This document shows positions 1 to 9,628 of a stretch of DNA of 64,000 bases, in pieces (positions within the stretch are counted from its first letter, which is position 1; each line of letters opens with the position of its first letter). This DNA comes from Gemmatimonadales bacterium (GTDB lineage: Bacteria; Gemmatimonadota; Gemmatimonadetes; Gemmatimonadales; GWC2-71-9): contig JBBQFH010000003.1 in NCBI GenBank assembly GCA_038321865.1, positions 78,773-142,772 of the forward strand, read 5' to 3'. The position numbers and the translations under genes are program-made. A model generated the notes under the pieces. It worked only from the letters and a program-made list of their open reading frames with translations, was not told the DNA's origin and did not search any database.

Positions 1-451
1 CCATCGCGGCCCGGTGGGCGGCGCGGTCGATGGTGATCGGGCCGGCACTGAGCGTGGACCCGGCCGACACGGCCGGCGCGGCCAGCCGCCGGAGGATGGC
101 GGCGACGCGGAGCGCCAGCTCGGCCGGAGAAAAGGGCTTGGTGAGGTAGTCGTCGGCGCCGAGGGAGAGGCCGCGGATGCGGTCGGCCTCCTCGCGGCGG
201 GAGGTGAGGAGGATGACGCCGACGTCCCGGGTTTCCTCCATGCGACGGAGCTCCGCCAGGACGTCGTAGCCCGACGTGCCCGGGAGCATGAGGTCGAGGA
301 TGACGACGTCCGGCCGCTCGGTCCGGGCGGCGCGGAGCGCCTCGGGGCCCGTGGCCGCGGTGGAGACGCGATATCCGGCCTTGGCCAGATGATACGCGAC
401 GAGCGCGGTGATGTCGGGTTCGTCGTCCACTACCAGGATACGATGGCTCAT
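1..451 (-). CDS. OmpR/PhoB-family response regulator (3' end runs off the window)
   Basis: Not in the ORF track. The minus strand from ATG at 451 reads MSHRILVVDDEPDITALVAYHLAKAGY...PDVVILDLMLPG...GADDYLTKPFSP, a canonical receiver domain followed by the start of a winged-helix region. Confidence 0.92.
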   Translation of the reverse strand, partial: MSHRILVVDDEPDITALVAYHLAKAGYRVSTAATGPEALRAARTERPDVVILDLMLPGTSGYDVLAELRRMEETRDVGVILLTSRREEADRIRGLSLGADDYLTKPFSPAELALRVAAILRRLAAPAVSAGSTLSAGPITIDRAAHRAAM

Positions 452-490
452 AGGCGGCGAAACCAATATACCGCCATTATATTTTTTGCC

Positions 491-3400
491 ATGCTTCCCT
501 CCCTGATGCTGCTGGCCGCGCTGGCCGGCGCTCCGCAGGACACCGCCCATATCGTCATCGTCGCCACCACCGATGTCCACGGCCGTGCCACCGCGTGGGA
601 ATACGTCACCGGCAAGCCATTCGGCGGCGGGCTGGTGCGCGTGGCGACGATCGTGGACTCCCTCCGGAAGCGCTATCCCGGGCAGGTGATCGTCGCCGAC
701 GCCGGCGACCTGCTCCAGGGCGATCCGTTCGCCGCCTACTACGCGACCGTCGGCCCGCGGGATCCCAACCCGATCGTCGAGGCCATGAACCTGGTAGGCT
801 ACGATGTGGCCACGCTGGGCAATCACGACTTTAACTGGGGCCTCCCGTTCCTGCGGCGCTCGCTGGCCGGCGCCGCCTTTCCGTATGTGAGCGGCAACGT
901 CTACGACCTGCCGGCCGACACGCTGCTCTATCCGGCCTACGTCGTGCTCCGGCGCCAGGGCGTCCGGGTCGGCGTCGCGGGGTTCACGACGCCGGGCGTG
1001 ATGCTGTGGGACCGTGAGAACGTGAAGGGGAAGGTCCGGGTGGGCCGGGTGTCGGCGAGCGCCGGGGCGGTGCTGCGGAACCTCGCCCGCGACGCCGATC
1101 TTCGCATCGTGCTGATTCACAGCGGCATGGACGGGGCGGCGTCCTACGACACGACGGGTGTCGGCGACGAGAACGTCGCCGCGACGCTCGCCGCGCTGCC
1201 GTCGAAGCCCGACCTCGTGCTGGTGGGCCATTCCCACCGCGAGATGCGCGACTCGGTGATCAGCGGCGTGCACTTCATCCAGCCGAAGAACTGGGCGCAG
1301 CAAGTATCGGTCGCCCACGTGGACCTGATCCGTGACCGAGGCCGCTGGCGGGTCATGCGGATCACCGGTGAGCTGGTGCCGCTGGCCGATGTGCCGCCGG
1401 CTCCGCGCCTGGCCGCCCGGCTGGAAGCCGCCCAGCGTGACGTCCAGGCCTGGGTGGCCCAGCCGCTCGGCCAGGCGGCAGGGGCGATGCGCTCCACCTT
1501 CGGCCGCGCGGAGCCGACGGCGATCGCCAACTTCGTGAATGACTTCCAGCGGAAGCACACCGGCGCCCAGCTGTCCACCACCTCGATCTTCAACACGGCG
1601 TCGGGGTTCAGCGCCGGACCGATCCGGCTGGCCGACGTCGCCGGCGTCTATCCCTACGAGAACACCCTGCGGGCCGTGCGCATCAGCGGCGACGCGCTCA
1701 AGGCGTTCCTGGAGCAGAGCGCCCGCTACTACCGGAGCGATCCGTCGGGCCACGTCTCGATCAACGACAGCATCGCCGGGTACAACTTCGACATCGTCGG
1801 CGGCGCGACGTACGACATGGACCTCCGGCTTCCGGTGGGCAGCCGCATCCGGAACCTCGCGGTCGGCGGACGGCCGGTCGCGTCCACCGACACCTTCACC
1901 TTCGCCGTCAACAGCTACCGGCAGGCGGGCGGCGGCGGATACGACATGCTGCGCGGCGCGCCCGTCGTCTATGACCGGGGCGAGAACATCCGGGACCTGC
2001 TGGTGGACGAGATCCGCGCCCGCGGCACGATCGACCCGGCCGCCTACACCCGCTCGGAGTGGCGGATCCTAGGCGATGAGGCCGCGGGCGAGGCGCACGC
2101 GCTCGCGGGCGGGGCACCCCCGGTCCGGGCCAGCACACCCCGCACGCCGGCCGACAGCATCATCCTCCGCGTGCTGGCGATCAGCGACTTCCACGGCGCG
2201 CTCCTGCCCAGGGTGCAGAGCTGGTCCAAGGGCCGGCTGGCCGGCGGCGCCGCCGCGCTCAAGGCACGGATGGATACCGCCGCCGCGCATTGCGGCGGCT
2301 GCCCGGTGCTCCGGGTCGATGCCGGAGACGAGATGCAGGGCACCCTCGAATCCAATCTGTTCTACGGGCGCTCGACGATCGAGGTGTTCAACCGCATGGG
2401 GATCCAGGCCGCCGCGGTCGGGAACCACGACTTCGACTGGTCGGTGGATACCCTCCGCCAGCGGATGGCGCAGTCGCGATATCCCTGGCTGGCGTCGAAT
2501 ATCTTCGACTCGACCACCGGCCGCCGGCCGGTCTGGGCGGTGCCGTACCGGATCCTGACTGCGGGCAAGCTGCGGGTGGCGGTGATCGGATGGATCACGC
2601 CGGAGACGAAGACGATCGTGAAGGCGGAATTCGTGCGCGGGCTCCGCTTCGCGGCCGGCGCGGCCGCCATCCGCGACGTGATCGCCGACGTGCAGGCGCA
2701 GAAGCCCGACGTGACCATCCTGGTGGCGCATTCCGGGGCGGTGTGCGACTCGCTCGGCTGTTCCGGCGAGATTCTCGACCTTGCCCGGGAACTGGGGCCG
2801 GCGGTGGACATGATCGTCGCGGGGCACACGCACCGGCTGGTGAACGTAGCCGTCGGGGGCGTGCGGGTCGTCGAGGCGCGGAGCAGCGGCACCGCGCTCG
2901 GCGTGCTCGACCTGCTCCGGACGCCGGTGGGAAGCCGGCTGGAGCAGAGCCGGGTCGAGTCGGTGTACGACGATGAGGTCACCCCGGACACCGCCGTCGC
3001 CCGCATCGTGGCCGCGTACGCGGCGCGCACCGATACGCTGGCCCGGCGCGTCGTGGCGCAGATCAAGCTCCCGCTCCCCAAGACGGGGGACCAGGGGCAG
3101 TATCCGCTCGGCAATCTGATCGCGGACGCGCAGCGCAACGTCGCCCGCGCCGACCTCGCGCTGATGAACAACGGCGGCATCCGGGGAACGGGACTGGCGG
3201 CCGGCCCGCTCACCTACGGCCAGCTCTTCCAGTTGAGCCCGTTCCAGAACAACGTCGTGCGCGTGACTACCACCGGCGCGGTGATTCGGCAGGTGATGGA
3301 ACATGCGCTCGAGTCCGGCCGACCGGATGCGCATATCTCGGGCTTTACGGTGCGCTACGATACGATGAAGCTGGCCGGGCATCGGGTGATGGAGATGCGA

Positions 3401-3616
3401 CTGGCCTCCGGGCGGCGCATGACCGACAAGGCGACCTATACCCTCGCGACGCTCGATTTCCTCCAGACCGGCGGCAGCGGGTACGCGATGCTGATCAACC
3501 AGCCCACCCAGCGGGGCTTCGGCACCGATATCGACGCGCTGCTGACCTACCTGCGCCGCCTGCCCCAGCCGGTCGAGGCGCCGGAGGCGCCGCGCATCGT
3601 GCCGGTGGGCCGGTGA
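491..3616 (+). CDS. Secreted tandem 2',3'-cyclic-nucleotide 2'-phosphodiesterase / 5'-nucleotidase (YfkN/CpdB-UshA-like)
   Basis: Signal peptide MLPSLMLLAALAG. Two metallophosphoesterase modules (TTDVHG/DAGD/GNHDF/GHSH and SDFHG/DAGD/GNHDF/GHTH), each followed by a 5'-nucleotidase C-terminal domain. The ORF-track start at 14 is antisense to the response regulator, so it was moved to 491. Confidence 0.9.
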   Translation: MLPSLMLLAALAGAPQDTAHIVIVATTDVHGRATAWEYVTGKPFGGGLVRVATIVDSLRKRYPGQVIVADAGDLLQGDPFAAYYATVGPRDPNPIVEAMNLVGYDVATLGNHDFNWGLPFLRRSLAGAAFPYVSGNVYDLPADTLLYPAYVVLRRQGVRVGVAGFTTPGVMLWDRENVKGKVRVGRVSASAGAVLRNLARDADLRIVLIHSGMDGAASYDTTGVGDENVAATLAALPSKPDLVLVGHSHREMRDSVISGVHFIQPKNWAQQVSVAHVDLIRDRGRWRVMRITGELVPLADVPPAPRLAARLEAAQRDVQAWVAQPLGQAAGAMRSTFGRAEPTAIANFVNDFQRKHTGAQLSTTSIFNTASGFSAGPIRLADVAGVYPYENTLRAVRISGDALKAFLEQSARYYRSDPSGHVSINDSIAGYNFDIVGGATYDMDLRLPVGSRIRNLAVGGRPVASTDTFTFAVNSYRQAGGGGYDMLRGAPVVYDRGENIRDLLVDEIRARGTIDPAAYTRSEWRILGDEAAGEAHALAGGAPPVRASTPRTPADSIILRVLAISDFHGALLPRVQSWSKGRLAGGAAALKARMDTAAAHCGGCPVLRVDAGDEMQGTLESNLFYGRSTIEVFNRMGIQAAAVGNHDFDWSVDTLRQRMAQSRYPWLASNIFDSTTGRRPVWAVPYRILTAGKLRVAVIGWITPETKTIVKAEFVRGLRFAAGAAAIRDVIADVQAQKPDVTILVAHSGAVCDSLGCSGEILDLARELGPAVDMIVAGHTHRLVNVAVGGVRVVEARSSGTALGVLDLLRTPVGSRLEQSRVESVYDDEVTPDTAVARIVAAYAARTDTLARRVVAQIKLPLPKTGDQGQYPLGNLIADAQRNVARADLALMNNGGIRGTGLAAGPLTYGQLFQLSPFQNNVVRVTTTGAVIRQVMEHALESGRPDAHISGFTVRYDTMKLAGHRVMEMRLASGRRMTDKATYTLATLDFLQTGGSGYAMLINQPTQRGFGTDIDALLTYLRRLPQPVEAPEAPRIVPVGR

Positions 3617-3858
3617 GCGACGCCATCAGGGTGTTCGTGAACGAGCGGCCGGTGGAAGTGCCGGCCGGGAGCACCGTGCTGCGCGCCGTTCGTGTCTTCG
3701 ATTCGACGCTGGCGAGCCGGCTCGAATCCGGCCAGGCGTACGTGACCGATGGACGAGGGATTTCGATTCCACCCGACGTGCTGCTCTCGCCAGGCGCGAT
3801 TCTTCGCGTGGTGGTATCGGCCCGGCGCGCGGAAGAAAGTCCGGATGCTGACGCGTGA
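3613..3858 (+). CDS. Small hypothetical protein, beta-grasp/ubiquitin-like
   Basis: GTGA overlap with the upstream stop. IRVFVNERPVEVPAGSTVLRAV resembles the N-terminus of ThiS/MoaD/2Fe-2S beta-grasp domains. No Cys and no C-terminal GG. Confidence 0.7.
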   Translation: MSDAIRVFVNERPVEVPAGSTVLRAVRVFDSTLASRLESGQAYVTDGRGISIPPDVLLSPGAILRVVVSARRAEESPDADA

Positions 3859-4870
3859 GCTGCTCCGCCGGCTCCCGAAGGCCGAACTGCACAACCACCT
3901 CGACGGCTCCCTCCGGCCGGCGACGATGGTGGACCTGGCGCGGGCGCAGAAGGTCGAACTCCCGACCTCCGATCCCGACGCCCTCGCCCGGCACATGCTG
4001 GCGAGCGACGCGCGAAACCTCGAGGACTATCTCGCCCGCTTCGATCTGACGATCGCGCTGCTGCAGACGCCCGAGGCGATCGAGCGGGTAGCGTACGAGA
4101 TGTGCGAGGACGCGGCGCGGGACGGCGTGCGCTACATCGAGGTCCGCTACTGCCCCCATCTCAGCAACCGGCAGGGGCTGTCCCTCGATCAGGTGGTGGA
4201 GGCGGAGCTCCGGGGTTTCGCCCGGGGGCGAGCCGATTTCGGCATCATCCCGCAGGTGATCAACTGCTCGCTCCGGCATTATGATCCCGGGCTGTCGGCC
4301 GCCATCGCCCGTCACTCGGTGGAGTTCCGGGACCGGGGCGTAGTCGCGTTCGATCTGGCCGGGGGCGAGGCAGGCCGTCCGCCGTCGGTGCACCGGCACG
4401 CATTCGACATCGCCGCCGAGGGGAATCTGGGAATCACGGTCCATGCGGGGGAGGCCGCCGGGGCGGAATCGATCGCGGAAGCGGTGCATCAGTGCCACGC
4501 CAACCGGATCGGGCACGGCACCCGCCTGTACGAAGACCCCGTCCTGCGCGATTATATACGGGACCGCCGTATCCTTCTCGAGTGCAACGTCACCAGCAAT
4601 CTGCAGACCCGGGTCGTCACGCGGGCGGGCGAGCATCCGGTGCGGATGTACTTCGATGCCGGGCTCAACGTCACGCTCTGTACCGACAGCTGGCTGATGA
4701 GCGGCGTGATGCTGAGTGACGAGTACTGGCTGGCGCATGCCGAGCTGGGCTTCGACCGCGCGGGGATCGACCGGATGATCCTCAACGCCTTCGAGAGTGC
4801 GTTCTATCCGTGGCCGGAGCGGCAGGCGCTCGTGGCCCAGGTGCGCGAGGAGCTGGCCGACCTCCGCTAG
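3845..4870 (+). CDS. add: Adenosine deaminase
   Basis: Motifs LPKAELHNHLDGSLR, TVHAGE, RIGHG, CVTSN, TD. Confidence 0.93.
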   Translation: MLTRELLRRLPKAELHNHLDGSLRPATMVDLARAQKVELPTSDPDALARHMLASDARNLEDYLARFDLTIALLQTPEAIERVAYEMCEDAARDGVRYIEVRYCPHLSNRQGLSLDQVVEAELRGFARGRADFGIIPQVINCSLRHYDPGLSAAIARHSVEFRDRGVVAFDLAGGEAGRPPSVHRHAFDIAAEGNLGITVHAGEAAGAESIAEAVHQCHANRIGHGTRLYEDPVLRDYIRDRRILLECNVTSNLQTRVVTRAGEHPVRMYFDAGLNVTLCTDSWLMSGVMLSDEYWLAHAELGFDRAGIDRMILNAFESAFYPWPERQALVAQVREELADLR

Positions 4871-4920
4871 GCGTTTGTTCGCCCTTCTTCCCACCGTCGA
4901 ATCCAGGGGACGTCCGCCGC

Positions 4921-6402
4921 ATGCCTACGATCCGTTGGTCGCCGCCCGCGGGACTTCGGAAGTTCGCGCTTGCCGTCATCCTGGTGACCGCGGGCATCGC
5001 CGCCTCGCTGTTTCTTCCGGCCGCGGCCGGCCGCGCGGCGACGACCCTCGCCGCGCAGCCGGTGCAGACTCCGGCCGCCGGCGCGGATCAGCGCCCCGCC
5101 GTGGATTCCCAGCTGGCGCACCCGACGCCCCCGGCGCCCGACGTGACCCAGCCGGCGCCGCCGGCGGCGGCGCCGGTCACGCTGCTCACGCGGCTCAGCG
5201 GCCTGTTCGGGATCGCGCTGATCCTGCTGATCGGCATCGCGATGTCCCACAACCGCCGGGCGATCAAGTGGAAGATCGTCGCCTGGGGGCTGGGGCTGCA
5301 GTTCGCCTTCGCCGTCTTCGTCCTGCGGGTGCCCTTCGGCCAGCGGCTCTTCCGCGCGCTCGGCGACTTCGTGACGACCATCCTGCACTACTCCTACGCC
5401 GGGTCCTCGTTCGTCTTCGGCGAGATCGGGAAGCCGAACTCGAGTCTCGGCGTCATCTTCGCCTTCCAGATCCTGCCGGCGATCATCTTCGTGTCGGCGC
5501 TGTTCGCGATCATGTACTACCTGGGCATCATGCAGGTGATCGTGCGCGCCTTTGCCGTCGTGATGAGCCGGCTCCTCGGCGCCAGCGGGGCCGAGAGCCT
5601 CAACGTGGCGGCCTCGATCTTCATGGGGCAGACGGAGGCGCCGCTCACCATCCGGCCGTTCCTGCCGAGGATGACGCGCTCGGAGCTGATGACGGTGATG
5701 ACGTCGGGCATGGCCCACGTCTCCGGCTCCATCATGGCCGCCTATATCGCCTTCGGGATCGAGGCGCGGCACCTGCTCACGGCGGTGATCATGACGGCGC
5801 CGGGCACCATCATGATGGCGAAGCTGTTCGAGCCGGAGACCGAAGTGCCCGAGACGTCGGGCAACGTGACGATCAACATCCCGAGGACCGACGTGAATCT
5901 GGTGGACGCGGCCGCGCGCGGGACGGGGGAGGGGCTGCACCTCATGCTGAACGTGATCGCGATGCTGATCTCGTTCATCGCATTGATCGCGCTCGTCAAC
6001 GGTCTCTTCGGCGCGCTGCACGGATACGCCGGCTGGTTCCCCGCCGACATCCAGACGGTGCTCGGCTGGGTCTGCCGCCCGGTCGCGTTCGCGATGGGTG
6101 TGCCCTGGAAGGACAGCGAGACGATCGGCAGCCTGCTCGGCACCCGCGCCGTGCTGAACGAGTTCATCGCCTACTCGCAGCTCGGCCCGCTCAAGGCGAC
6201 CCTCGACCCGCGCTCGTTCACCATCGCGTCGTTCGCGCTCGCGGGGTTCGCCAACTTCAGTTCCGTCGGCATCCAGATCGGCGGCATCGGCGCGCTGGCC
6301 CCCGAGCGGAAGGGCGATCTGGCCCGGCTCGGCTTCCGTGCCATGCTCGCCGGCACCCTCGCCAACTTTCTCTCGGCGACGATCGCCGGGATCCTCCTCT
6401 GA
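4921..6402 (+). CDS. nupC: CNT/NupC-family nucleoside transporter
   Basis: Motifs FAFQILPAIIF, IFMGQTEAPL, NEFIAY, FANFSSVGIQIGG. Start uncertain because of a Pro/Ala-rich N-terminal extension. Confidence 0.9.
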   Translation: MPTIRWSPPAGLRKFALAVILVTAGIAASLFLPAAAGRAATTLAAQPVQTPAAGADQRPAVDSQLAHPTPPAPDVTQPAPPAAAPVTLLTRLSGLFGIALILLIGIAMSHNRRAIKWKIVAWGLGLQFAFAVFVLRVPFGQRLFRALGDFVTTILHYSYAGSSFVFGEIGKPNSSLGVIFAFQILPAIIFVSALFAIMYYLGIMQVIVRAFAVVMSRLLGASGAESLNVAASIFMGQTEAPLTIRPFLPRMTRSELMTVMTSGMAHVSGSIMAAYIAFGIEARHLLTAVIMTAPGTIMMAKLFEPETEVPETSGNVTINIPRTDVNLVDAAARGTGEGLHLMLNVIAMLISFIALIALVNGLFGALHGYAGWFPADIQTVLGWVCRPVAFAMGVPWKDSETIGSLLGTRAVLNEFIAYSQLGPLKATLDPRSFTIASFALAGFANFSSVGIQIGGIGALAPERKGDLARLGFRAMLAGTLANFLSATIAGILL

Positions 6403-7238
6403 TGGGCGGCCCGGCCGCGGACGAGCTGGCCCGGATGATCGCCGCCGCGAGCGCCGCCATCCGCGCCCGCCTGGATGGCCGGGCGCCGACCGTGGCGATC
6501 GTGCTCGGATCCGGCATGGGATTCCTGGCCGAGCAGGTGCATAACGCGGTCCGGATTCCCTACCGTGATATCCCAGGATTCCCGCTGCCCACGGTGCAGG
6601 GGCACGGTGGCGAGCTGGTGATCGGAGGGCTGGCCGGCAAGACCGTCATCGCGCAGAGCGGACGGTTCCACATGTACGAAGGCCCCTCGGCGCGGGTGAG
6701 CAGCCTGGCGGTGCGCGCCTTCGGCGAGCTGGGCGTGACGACACTGCTCCTGACGAATGCGGCCGGCGGCATCCGGCGCAGCTTCACGGCCGGGACGCTC
6801 ATGCTGCTGTCGGATCACCTGAATCTGACGGGCCGCAATCCGCTCATCGGCGCGGTGCTCGCGGGCGAGGAGCGTTTCCCCGACATGTCGGATCCGTACG
6901 ACGCGGGGCTTCGCGCGATCGCGCGCGAGGTGGCGCGCGAGCGGAAGGTCGCGCTGGCCGAAGGGGTGTATGCCGGCCTGCTGGGACCGACCTACGAGAC
7001 GCCGTCCGAGGTGCGGATGCTCGAGCGCCTGGGGGCGGACGCGGTGGGGATGTCCACGGTCATCGAGGTCATTGCCGCGCGGGCGCGCGGCATGCGCTGC
7101 CTCGCGATCAGCACGGTCACCAATCTCGCCTCGGGCATCAGCCCGACGACGCTGTCACACGCGGAAGTGATGGAGACGGCGGAGCGGGTGAAGGGGGAGC
7201 TGGGTACGCTGATCGAGGGAATTGTCGAGCGGATCTAG
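6402..7238 (+). CDS. punA: Purine nucleoside phosphorylase (trimeric type)
   Basis: Motifs VLGSG, GRFHMYEG, TNAAGG, GPTYETPSE, VGMST. TGATG overlap with the nupC stop. Confidence 0.93.
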   Translation: MGGPAADELARMIAAASAAIRARLDGRAPTVAIVLGSGMGFLAEQVHNAVRIPYRDIPGFPLPTVQGHGGELVIGGLAGKTVIAQSGRFHMYEGPSARVSSLAVRAFGELGVTTLLLTNAAGGIRRSFTAGTLMLLSDHLNLTGRNPLIGAVLAGEERFPDMSDPYDAGLRAIAREVARERKVALAEGVYAGLLGPTYETPSEVRMLERLGADAVGMSTVIEVIAARARGMRCLAISTVTNLASGISPTTLSHAEVMETAERVKGELGTLIEGIVERI

Positions 7239-8041
7239 CGATCGGCGGGCGAGTCGGGCCGCGCAGCGACGGTATGATCGAGCGGCCCGTGGCCCCTGCC
7301 AATGCCGGGCGCGGAGCGCATCGCCCGGCGGACGAAGTCGAGGGCGTCCGCCACGGCCGATTCCAGGTCCCGGCCCAGCGCGAGCCCGGCGGTGACGGCT
7401 GCGGAAAGGGTGCAGCCGGTCCCATGCGTCGAGGTCGTCGTGATGCGCGGATGATCGAAGCGCCGCACCCCGGCACGAGTGACGAGCACGTCGGTCACGA
7501 GCGCGCCGTCGAGATGTCCGCCCTTGACCAGTGCCGCACCGGCGCCGAGCTCGAGGAGTGCGCGGCCGGCCGTGGCCATCTGTTCCGCGTCCCGCACCTC
7601 GTGGCCCACCAGAAGCTCGGCCTCGTCGAGATTGGGCGTGACGAGCGTCGCCAGCGGCAGGAGCAGGGTGCGGATGAGCGAGACCGCATCGGCATCGAGG
7701 AGGCGGTCCCCCGATGTGGCGACCATCACCGGGTCGAGCACGTACGGGCGCCACTCCCGGTCGCGGAGAGCGCCGGCCACCTGTTCGACGAGCGCCGCGT
7801 CGGCCAGCATCCCGGTCTTCACGGCATCGGGAGGCAGATCGTCGGCCAGCGCGTCGAGCTGCGCGGCGACGATCGCGGCGGGAGCGGCATGCACCGCCCG
7901 GACACTGATCGTGTTCTGCGCCGTCAGGGCGACGATGACGGACGTGCCGAACACACCGAACTGCTGGAACGTCTTGAGGTCCGCCTGGATGCCGGCCCCG
8001 CCTCCCGAATCGGAGCCGGCGATGGTCAGCGCGATCTTCAC
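7235..8041 (-). CDS. thiD: Hydroxymethylpyrimidine/phosphomethylpyrimidine kinase
   Basis: Motifs LTIAGSDSGGGAGIQADLK, VLDPVM, TPNLDEA, KGGH, HGTGC. GTGA overlap with the upstream gene. Confidence 0.95.
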   Translation of the reverse strand: MKIALTIAGSDSGGGAGIQADLKTFQQFGVFGTSVIVALTAQNTISVRAVHAAPAAIVAAQLDALADDLPPDAVKTGMLADAALVEQVAGALRDREWRPYVLDPVMVATSGDRLLDADAVSLIRTLLLPLATLVTPNLDEAELLVGHEVRDAEQMATAGRALLELGAGAALVKGGHLDGALVTDVLVTRAGVRRFDHPRITTTSTHGTGCTLSAAVTAGLALGRDLESAVADALDFVRRAMRSAPGIGRGHGPLDHTVAARPDSPADR

Positions 8042-8856
8042 GGCTGCTTGACTTCCTTGGGCGCAGGCGGCAGCGCCGCGAGGCGGCGCTTGAGGTCGGT
8101 GAAGGCCGCCAGATCGGTCTGGCCGTTGCGGACGGCCGCGGCCGCGCCAGGCGTCGTGGCGATGACCCGTTCGGTGTTGCCGATGCGCTCGACCGCCATC
8201 GGGTGTGACGCGAACCACTGCTCCACCTTGTTCGGCTCCGACTGCTCGAGGCTTTGCAGCAGCTGCAGCATGTGGGTGATGCCGGACGGATCGATGTGCG
8301 CGCGGGTCAGCCCGATCACCGCCATCGAGTCGGCCTGGCGCTCGTCGTCCCGGCTGAACTTGGCGAAGACCGCGCTGCCGGCCAGCCCCACGGCCGCCTG
8401 ATCCACCTGGCCGGGCTGCCGTCCGAGCAGGATGTAGGCGAGAGTGACGCCGGCGTTGGCCACGTTCTGCTGGCCCATCTGTTGCGCCGAGTGGCGCAGA
8501 TCCACATGGCCGATCTCGTGCATGACCGCGCCGGCGAATTCATCGTAATGCCGGGCCCGGGCGATCAGGCCGCGAAAGACGTAGATGTGCCCGCCCGGGA
8601 CGGCAAAGGCGTTCACCTGGTCCGAATTGACGATGTGGAAGTCCCAGGCGAGGTCCTGGCGGACGGCCACGCGCCGGAGCGGGTTGACCGTCTGATTGAA
8701 GACCGAGGTGATCCCACCGTCGTTGATCAGCGGGAGCTTCTGGGCGATCTGGGCGGCGTAGTCGTTGCCCATCTGGACTTCCTGCTGGACCGACGGCGCG
8801 CAGGCCGCCAGCGCGAGCAGGCCCATTCCGGCGAGTGTACGATCAAAGGCTGACAT
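8038..8856 (-). CDS. M48-family zinc metallopeptidase lipoprotein
   Basis: Lipobox LAAC, NAFAVPGG, HEIGH, FSRDDERQAD, FASHP. Alternative start at 8826. Confidence 0.9.
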   Translation of the reverse strand: MSAFDRTLAGMGLLALAACAPSVQQEVQMGNDYAAQIAQKLPLINDGGITSVFNQTVNPLRRVAVRQDLAWDFHIVNSDQVNAFAVPGGHIYVFRGLIARARHYDEFAGAVMHEIGHVDLRHSAQQMGQQNVANAGVTLAYILLGRQPGQVDQAAVGLAGSAVFAKFSRDDERQADSMAVIGLTRAHIDPSGITHMLQLLQSLEQSEPNKVEQWFASHPMAVERIGNTERVIATTPGAAAAVRNGQTDLAAFTDLKRRLAALPPAPKEVKQP

Positions 8857-9628
8857 GAGCGGCTCCTTGCAATCCATGATTCGGGATCTCGGCCGGCGGC
8901 GGGGCCGGGAACGGCGCGGGCTCGCGCTGGCCGAGGGCGTGCGACTGGTCGAGGAGGCGATTGCGGCGGGAATCGCATTTCGCGGCGCCGCGATCTCGCC
9001 CGTGCTGGAAGGTACCACGCGCGGGAGGGCACTTAAAGCGCGGCTGGTGGAGCTGGGGGTCGCGCTGGAAGAAGTGTCCGGGCCCGAGCTCGATGCGCTG
9101 GCCGACACGGAGCATCCGCAGGGCGTCGTCGCGGTGATCACGCCCCGGGAGTGGGCGCTGGCCGATATCGTGACCGAACCGGGCGCGGCGGTGCTCGTGC
9201 TCGACGCGGTGCAGGATCCGGGGAACGTGGGCACGATCGTGCGGACAGCGCACGCGCTGGGTGCGGCCGGCGTGATCGCGCTCCGGGGAACGGCCGAACT
9301 CACCAATCCCAAGGTGCTCCGCGGCAGCATGGGTGCGGCCTTTCGGCTTCCGTCCGTGTCGGCCGATGACGGCGAGCTGCTCGCGTGGGCCGCGGAGCGA
9401 TCGGTCGAGCTCTGGGTGGCGGCGGCCGACGGCGCGCCGCTTCGCCGCGGCGAGTCGCGCCCGCAGTCGGTGGCGATCATCGTCGGGAACGAAGGGGCGG
9501 GGGTGCGGGCACGGCTGGCCGATGCGGCGTCCCGCCGCATCGCGATCCCCATCCGTGCCAACGCGGAATCGCTCAATGTCGCGATCGCGGCCGGCATTCT
9601 TCTCTACGAGGTCCTGCGTGACGATTGA
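8855..9628 (+). CDS. TrmH/SpoU-family RNA methyltransferase
   Basis: Motifs VQDPGNVGTIVRTA, GNEGAG, ESLNVAIAAGI. Confidence 0.93.
   Translation: MSGSLQSMIRDLGRRRGRERRGLALAEGVRLVEEAIAAGIAFRGAAISPVLEGTTRGRALKARLVELGVALEEVSGPELDALADTEHPQGVVAVITPREWALADIVTEPGAAVLVLDAVQDPGNVGTIVRTAHALGAAGVIALRGTAELTNPKVLRGSMGAAFRLPSVSADDGELLAWAAERSVELWVAAADGAPLRRGESRPQSVAIIVGNEGAGVRARLADAASRRIAIPIRANAESLNVAIAAGILLYEVLRDD

Noticed and set aside
14..490. N-terminal 159 aa of the 1200-aa ORF in the track
   Set aside because: It is the antisense shadow of the response regulator. The signal peptide begins at ATG 491.
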